From an uncultured Syntrophobacter sp. (GTDB lineage: Bacteria > Desulfobacterota > Binatia > UBA9968): DNA of 57,077 nucleotides. Under the pieces are notes generated by a model. That model searched no databases. It was not told the origin of the DNA and saw nothing but the letters and a program-made list of their open reading frames with translations. Below, in pieces: positions 50,267 to 57,077 of the stretch. The DNA is taken from assembly GCA_964539925.1 (NCBI GenBank), contig CAZILB010000003.1:2032-59108 (forward strand), given 5' to 3'. Both the position numbers and the translations under genes were made by a program. Position 1 is the first letter of the stretch; each line of letters opens with the position of its first letter.

Positions 50267-51382
50267 ATGTCCAACACCCAAATGATCGCCGCCCTGCGGC
50301 AGTGCCTGTCCAATCCGCTCGCCGCCTCGGCGGTCGGCGACGCCGCAATCGCTGGAATTGTCGGCGACAGTCCTTCGCAATACTCAAAGAGCCCGACATT
50401 GTGGAATACCGCTTTTCGACACTTGGGTATAAACGCGGTATACCTCGCTTTCGACGTTGACGAGGCCCATATCGGCCCGATCCTGGCCATCCTCAAAGAT
50501 TCGGAGCGATTCCTTGGCGTTAATGTCACCGTGCCGCACAAGGTTCGGGTGATCGACTTCCTCGACGAACTCGATGCCGGCGCGAAGCGCATCGGGGCGG
50601 TCAATACCATCGTGCGCACGGCTCGGGGGCGCCTGATCGGTTACAACACCGACGGCGAGGGTTTTGTCGATAGCCTGCTCACGCGCCAGCCGGACCGCGC
50701 CGCAAGCTTCATCCCCTCGCTCCGAGGCATGAATGTTTTGCTTCTGGGCGCCGGAGGATCCGCTCGCGCGGTGGCGTACCACGTAGCCGATTTGCTCGGT
50801 GAGGGACGGCTCTTTATCAGCAACCGAACCTTTGAACACGCGGCTTCGCTGGCCGCCGATGTTGACAACCGCGGCGGCCATGCTCTCGCGATTCACGAAG
50901 CGGAGATCCCAGGGTATGCGCCCCGAGCCGGTGTGATCATCAACAGCACCACCAAGGGCCAGGGCGGGTTGCGAAAATTATCCGGCAATAAGGTGATCTG
51001 CTTGGAACCCTATTCCTCTCTGGCCCCTGCCGATCCTCCGGCGTTTTCCGAAACAGAATTGGCAAAAACCGGCTCTTCAAGCCCCTGGCCGGCGGCTGCA
51101 CGGGCGGATATCGAAGCCAACAACAACGCGTCGATAACGCTCGCCAAGTCGATCCCGCGCTCGGTCGCTTTCTACGACCTGATCTATCATCCCGAAGAGA
51201 CGGTCTTCCTGCGCCACGGCCGGCTCACCGGCCATCGGACGATGAACGGCAAAGCCATGATCGTCAATCAAGCCGTGATCGCATTCTGCAAACGAATCTG
51301 TCTTACGGAACTCAGGTCGAGAAACCTCGACATACCCGACATTCACGAACAGATATTGGAAGTCATGTACCGGGCCTGGTAG
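50267..51382 (+). CDS. aroE: Shikimate dehydrogenase family protein with long insertion
   Basis: SKSP, NVTVPHK, GAVNT, NTDGEG, GAGGSARA, NRT, DLIYHP, NG..M..QA. Confidence 0.85.
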   Translation: MSNTQMIAALRQCLSNPLAASAVGDAAIAGIVGDSPSQYSKSPTLWNTAFRHLGINAVYLAFDVDEAHIGPILAILKDSERFLGVNVTVPHKVRVIDFLDELDAGAKRIGAVNTIVRTARGRLIGYNTDGEGFVDSLLTRQPDRAASFIPSLRGMNVLLLGAGGSARAVAYHVADLLGEGRLFISNRTFEHAASLAADVDNRGGHALAIHEAEIPGYAPRAGVIINSTTKGQGGLRKLSGNKVICLEPYSSLAPADPPAFSETELAKTGSSSPWPAAARADIEANNNASITLAKSIPRSVAFYDLIYHPEETVFLRHGRLTGHRTMNGKAMIVNQAVIAFCKRICLTELRSRNLDIPDIHEQILEVMYRAW

Positions 51383-51463
51383 TCGATTCATAGACCCGGT
51401 CAACGGAAGTCCTCACGGCAGGAGACGCGGCGGTCACAGAGCTTTACTTGTGGAAGATCTGCC

Positions 51464-51598
51464 TCAGGTCGCTTTTTGCCCGGCGTTTTCGGTCTGCGGC
51501 CGCTTGCCGATCTGCTCACCGCTGGGAAGTTGTTCGTATTTCAACAACAATCGCTCGTCCATTGCCGCATATTTTTTCGCCCAGTCGGTCTGACTCAT
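51464..51598 (-). CDS. 44-aa hypothetical small protein
   Basis: GGAGG RBS; MSQTDWAKKYAAMDERLLLKYEQLPSGEQIGKRPQTENAGQKAT; follows the isomerase-fold gene on the same strand. Confidence 0.45.
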   Translation of the reverse strand: MSQTDWAKKYAAMDERLLLKYEQLPSGEQIGKRPQTENAGQKAT

Positions 51599-51623
51599 TG
51601 CCAATGCCTCCGAAGTATTCAAC

Positions 51624-52385
51624 TTAGCTCGCCGGCGCCACATTGCCGCTCAACAAGACCCCGCCGCCGGGCACCGGATTCTCTATTTTCAGCCGGTGGT
51701 AGGTCAACCACATCTCCGCGGACAGGGCCCACACGACTTTAATCTTCAGATCGCGCTCCAGATACTCGATGGCCGGCGCCGCGTCCCAACCGCCGCCGTT
51801 GATATAAAGCGCGTCCACCGATGGCATTTTTTCGAGGGCCTTCTTGCAGTGGCGATAGACGTCCGTATGAGACACTTCGTCCAAAGCCAATAGCGACGTC
51901 GTATAAAGCCCCGAATTCTCGCCGGTCATGCTCAAGCCCGCGATGACTTCCGACTGGATACCGAAACGCGCAAAATAATTGCCGATCGACTGATTCAGCT
52001 CGCGGCCGTAATAGGTCGCCACCGCCACCTTTCGCGCTCCCAGGGACTTCAAAGCGATCGCATGCGGCTCCATTGGCGTCACCACCGGCAAGCCGATTTT
52101 CTCCGACAGTTCGGCCGCCCACTGCCGTTCGAAATCCAATCCTTTGAGCAAGAACGGCGGCGTGCCGCTCACCGAGATGATATCGCAGCCGACCTCCTTG
52201 AGCTGTATCGCCAGTTCCGTGGCCTTCTTGAAGCCTTCGAGAAAACTCTCCCGCTTCTCGCTGCGAAAGCCGATGAACGTCGGCACGATCTCGACGCCCT
52301 CGGGCGCGTGTTTGTACCAGTAAGCAAAGGACTTCCCCCGATGCGTCGGCTTGATCAAGCCGATACGAGCGCGCCAGGCAACCAT
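51624..52385 (-). CDS. Maleate isomerase / arylmalonate decarboxylase (Asp/Glu racemase superfamily) fold protein
   Basis: WRARIGLI, GLPVVT, ALKSLGARKVAVATYY, IEYLERDLKIKVV. Confidence 0.82.
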   Translation of the reverse strand: MVAWRARIGLIKPTHRGKSFAYWYKHAPEGVEIVPTFIGFRSEKRESFLEGFKKATELAIQLKEVGCDIISVSGTPPFLLKGLDFERQWAAELSEKIGLPVVTPMEPHAIALKSLGARKVAVATYYGRELNQSIGNYFARFGIQSEVIAGLSMTGENSGLYTTSLLALDEVSHTDVYRHCKKALEKMPSVDALYINGGGWDAAPAIEYLERDLKIKVVWALSAEMWLTYHRLKIENPVPGGGVLLSGNVAPAS

Positions 52386-52462
52386 TTGGAGTCCCTCCCT
52401 TCTTTGACAAACTTCATGCATTGTTCCCGATTCAACAACCGCTCCTGTGCGGCGACTGAGTC

Positions 52463-52948
52463 TTAGTGTTTGTGTCCCCCATCGCCGTGTCCCCTGCCGC
52501 CGAGCGAGTCAAGATAAGCCGCCAGGTCCGCGACCTGCTTCACGGTGAGGACCTCGGAGAAATCCGGCATTTTGGAGCGGCCGTCGGGGCCTAGATATCC
52601 CCGCTCTTTGGCGTCCGCGGGGACATAGGCGTCCGGGTTGATGATCGACTCGGCGAAAAATTCCAGTGGATGCGCACCGGCCATCTGAGAAAGCTCCGGC
52701 CCGACGGTTTTTTCTTCGGGATCCGGCGGCGGTAATTTTTCGCCTTTCACTTCATGACAATTGTAACACTGCGCTTCCACAAACAGCTCTCTTCCCGCCT
52801 GTGCGTCGCCCTTTGGCAGTGTAAACGTCCAACTCTCCGTGCCGTGCTGGTGTCCATCTCCTCCGTCAGGCGCCTCCGAGTGGCGCCCGCAGCCGGCCCA
52901 TATGATAAGCGAAAAAAGCAAAACCAATCTATAAATGCAAGGTTTCAC
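52463..52948 (-). CDS. Monoheme cytochrome c lipoprotein with His-rich termini
   Basis: Lipobox WAGC, GDAQAGRELF, CYNCH, GPELS, SKMP; GHQH and GHGDGGHKH. Confidence 0.87.
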   Translation of the reverse strand: MKPCIYRLVLLFSLIIWAGCGRHSEAPDGGDGHQHGTESWTFTLPKGDAQAGRELFVEAQCYNCHEVKGEKLPPPDPEEKTVGPELSQMAGAHPLEFFAESIINPDAYVPADAKERGYLGPDGRSKMPDFSEVLTVKQVADLAAYLDSLGGRGHGDGGHKH

Positions 52949-53050
52949 GCGATTGATTACCCTCCCGACTCGTTATTCAAATTCAACTTATTCCCCGATC
53001 CGAAAAACCATGAAGCCGGCGCCGTTCATCGCTTGATCCGATTAGTTTAT

Positions 53051-55774
<2,724 letters not shown>

Positions 55775-55808
55775 GCGAAAAACCTCCTTTTGCGAATTCA
55801 CACAAGCT

Positions 55809-55834
55809 GACGCATGAGCCGGTTTCCAATTACA
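55809..55834 (-). promoter_or_regulatory. Putative ECF promoter upstream of copA (TGTAA-N17-CGTC)
   Basis: Minus strand TGTAAttggaaaccggctcatgCGTC, between the sigma stop codon and the copA RBS. Confidence 0.4.
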
Positions 55835-55876
55835 CTTCTCCGGGAAAAGTTGTGAAACGCCATTCGGCCGCAATAC

Positions 55877-56401
55877 TTAAGAGCAATGGCAGTCCAGGCA
55901 GCCATGCGTGGCACAGATTCGGCAAGTGTCTTCAAGCCGCCGTTTTAACTGAGCGCGCGCGCGATGGAGGCGGACGTTTAGGTTGTTCTTGCTGATGCCC
56001 AGGCTCGCGGTTAAAACTTCCGGCGATTCGCCCTCTAAATCCAGCCGGCGGATCAGCGCTCCATATTGAGGCGGCAAAGTCGGAATCAGCCGCTCTATGC
56101 ACGCGCACACCATGCGCGTTTCCTCTTCGCTGGGAGGTAAGTCCATCTCGCCCCGGAGCCTTTCCAGGGCGCGGTCCTGCGCATCCCGCCGGCGGTAAAG
56201 ATCGATGATTGTGCGGCGGAGAATGCGATAGAACCAAGCCCTGGCGCTTTCCTCGTTTCCAAGCTGCTCCTCCGCTCGAAGAGCCTTGAGCAAACTGTCC
56301 TGCAGCGCGTCGGCGGCGAGCTCGGGGTCTCCCAGCCGTCTGCGGGCAAACCCGACAAACTCGTCAAGGTTTCCCAGTAGAACCTTCTCGATTTTCTTCA
56401 T
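55877..56401 (-). CDS. CorE-like metal-responsive ECF sigma factor with Cys-rich C-terminus
   Basis: Region 2 AADALQD..WFYRILR; linker CAC; region 4 NVRLHRAR; tail CRICATHGCLDCHCS; no anti-sigma gene nearby. Confidence 0.88.
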   Translation of the reverse strand: MKKIEKVLLGNLDEFVGFARRRLGDPELAADALQDSLLKALRAEEQLGNEESARAWFYRILRRTIIDLYRRRDAQDRALERLRGEMDLPPSEEETRMVCACIERLIPTLPPQYGALIRRLDLEGESPEVLTASLGISKNNLNVRLHRARAQLKRRLEDTCRICATHGCLDCHCS

Positions 56402-56479
56402 CTCTTGGACTTCATTCTTGAGCTTCTCCCCTCCAGGAATCTTGCTCGCGTCACATCCGTAGAAAAGTCCCGTGAACTG

Positions 56480-56626
56480 TCAATCTTTCGCGTACTTCTC
56501 CGGCTCCTGCTCGAACCGCGCCTTACAGCCGACGGCGCAGAAATAGTAGGTCTTGCCCTTGTAAACCGCCGTGCCCGCAGCGCTCTTCTCGTCCACCTGC
56601 ATCCCGCAGACTGGATCTTTTGCCAT
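56480..56626 (-). CDS. YHS-domain metal-binding protein (48 aa)
   Basis: Below the track cutoff; MAKDPVCGMQVDEKSAAGTAVYKGKTYYFCAVGCKARFEQEPEKY; AAGGAGGT RBS. Confidence 0.92.
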   Translation of the reverse strand: MAKDPVCGMQVDEKSAAGTAVYKGKTYYFCAVGCKARFEQEPEKYAKD

Positions 56627-56701
56627 TTTCGTCACCTCCTTTTTTTAAATTTCGTCATCGAAATGTTTCCATTGCGCCTCAACCGTTGAACTGCTTCGTA
56701 C

Positions 56702-56941
56702 CTATTTCATTGCATGGGCGCGCGAAAATTTGGCGACCCTGTTTGCCATATAAATAATCCCTGCTAAATTGGACGCCAATCCGAACCAAAATAATTCGAT
56801 CTGGTATTGCGCCACCAAAGCTATCGCCCCGGCGGCGCCGACGACGGGGAGGATGTTGGTCAGATAATGAGCGCAGCAAGAAATCATCGCAGCAGTTGAC
56901 GTCGTCCCCGACACGGCGACAACCTTTCCCGACTTGTCCAT
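56702..56941 (-). CDS. Small membrane protein with CCAH motif (MerT/MerF-like metal handling), possibly N-terminally truncated
   Basis: STAAMISCCAHYL followed by two hydrophobic helices; in-frame TAA about 11 codons upstream of the ATG. Confidence 0.65.
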   Translation of the reverse strand: MDKSGKVVAVSGTTSTAAMISCCAHYLTNILPVVGAAGAIALVAQYQIELFWFGLASNLAGIIYMANRVAKFSRAHAMK

Positions 56942-57077
56942 TCCCCGGACCGGTTTTGCGCCGATCGGAGCGTAACAGAAAATTTACAGAGATTTAATCG
57001 ACCACAGGGGCGGGGCAAGCTAACTCCGATCGCGAATTGTGGTAAGAAATCGACTTATGTCGGAGAATTTTGCGGTC

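Overview
GC-rich bacterial chromosomal segment. Its gene content (amidohydrolase_2, LLM, GGT, VOC, SBP and maleate-isomerase-fold paralogues) resembles Deltaproteobacteria-like lineages such as Ca. Binatia; this is inference, not tested. Left to right: (1) an ArsM-like methyltransferase cut by the window edge, with a ZAS anti-sigma and an ECF sigma factor; (2) a ~13 kb minus-strand run in which valS-nadC-birA-coaX-EF-G2 continues into a small Zn-ribbon gene, two amidohydrolases, a cytoplasmic GGT, an LLM oxygenase and a pterin dehydratase; (3) tRNA-Leu(CAG), a highly structured intergenic element, cytochrome c, a PuuD-like membrane protein, polyprenyl synthase, menG, a membrane protein, an orphan nuoB, csp, thrB, a metallophosphatase and tRNA-Met(CAT); (4) lplA divergent from aceE-aceF-lpdA; (5) an M20 peptidase, a Schlafen/AlbA_2-HATPase protein, an O-methyltransferase, a BFD-Zn-ribbon gene absent from the ORF track (no canonical start codon), tenA, an SBP, a Rid protein, a hydrolase, an SDR, a ferritin-like protein and a VOC protein; (6) an orphan PDZ-TM-GAF histidine kinase and a NusG/RfaH paralogue, divergent from prkA(yeaG)-yeaH-spoVR and aroE; (7) a copper module: CC-motif membrane protein, YHS protein, CorE-like Cys-rich ECF sigma, cupredoxin-fused CopA and a His-rich cytochrome c lipoprotein. 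I saw no CRISPR array, rRNA, transposase or integrase. All family calls come from motif recognition, not database searches.
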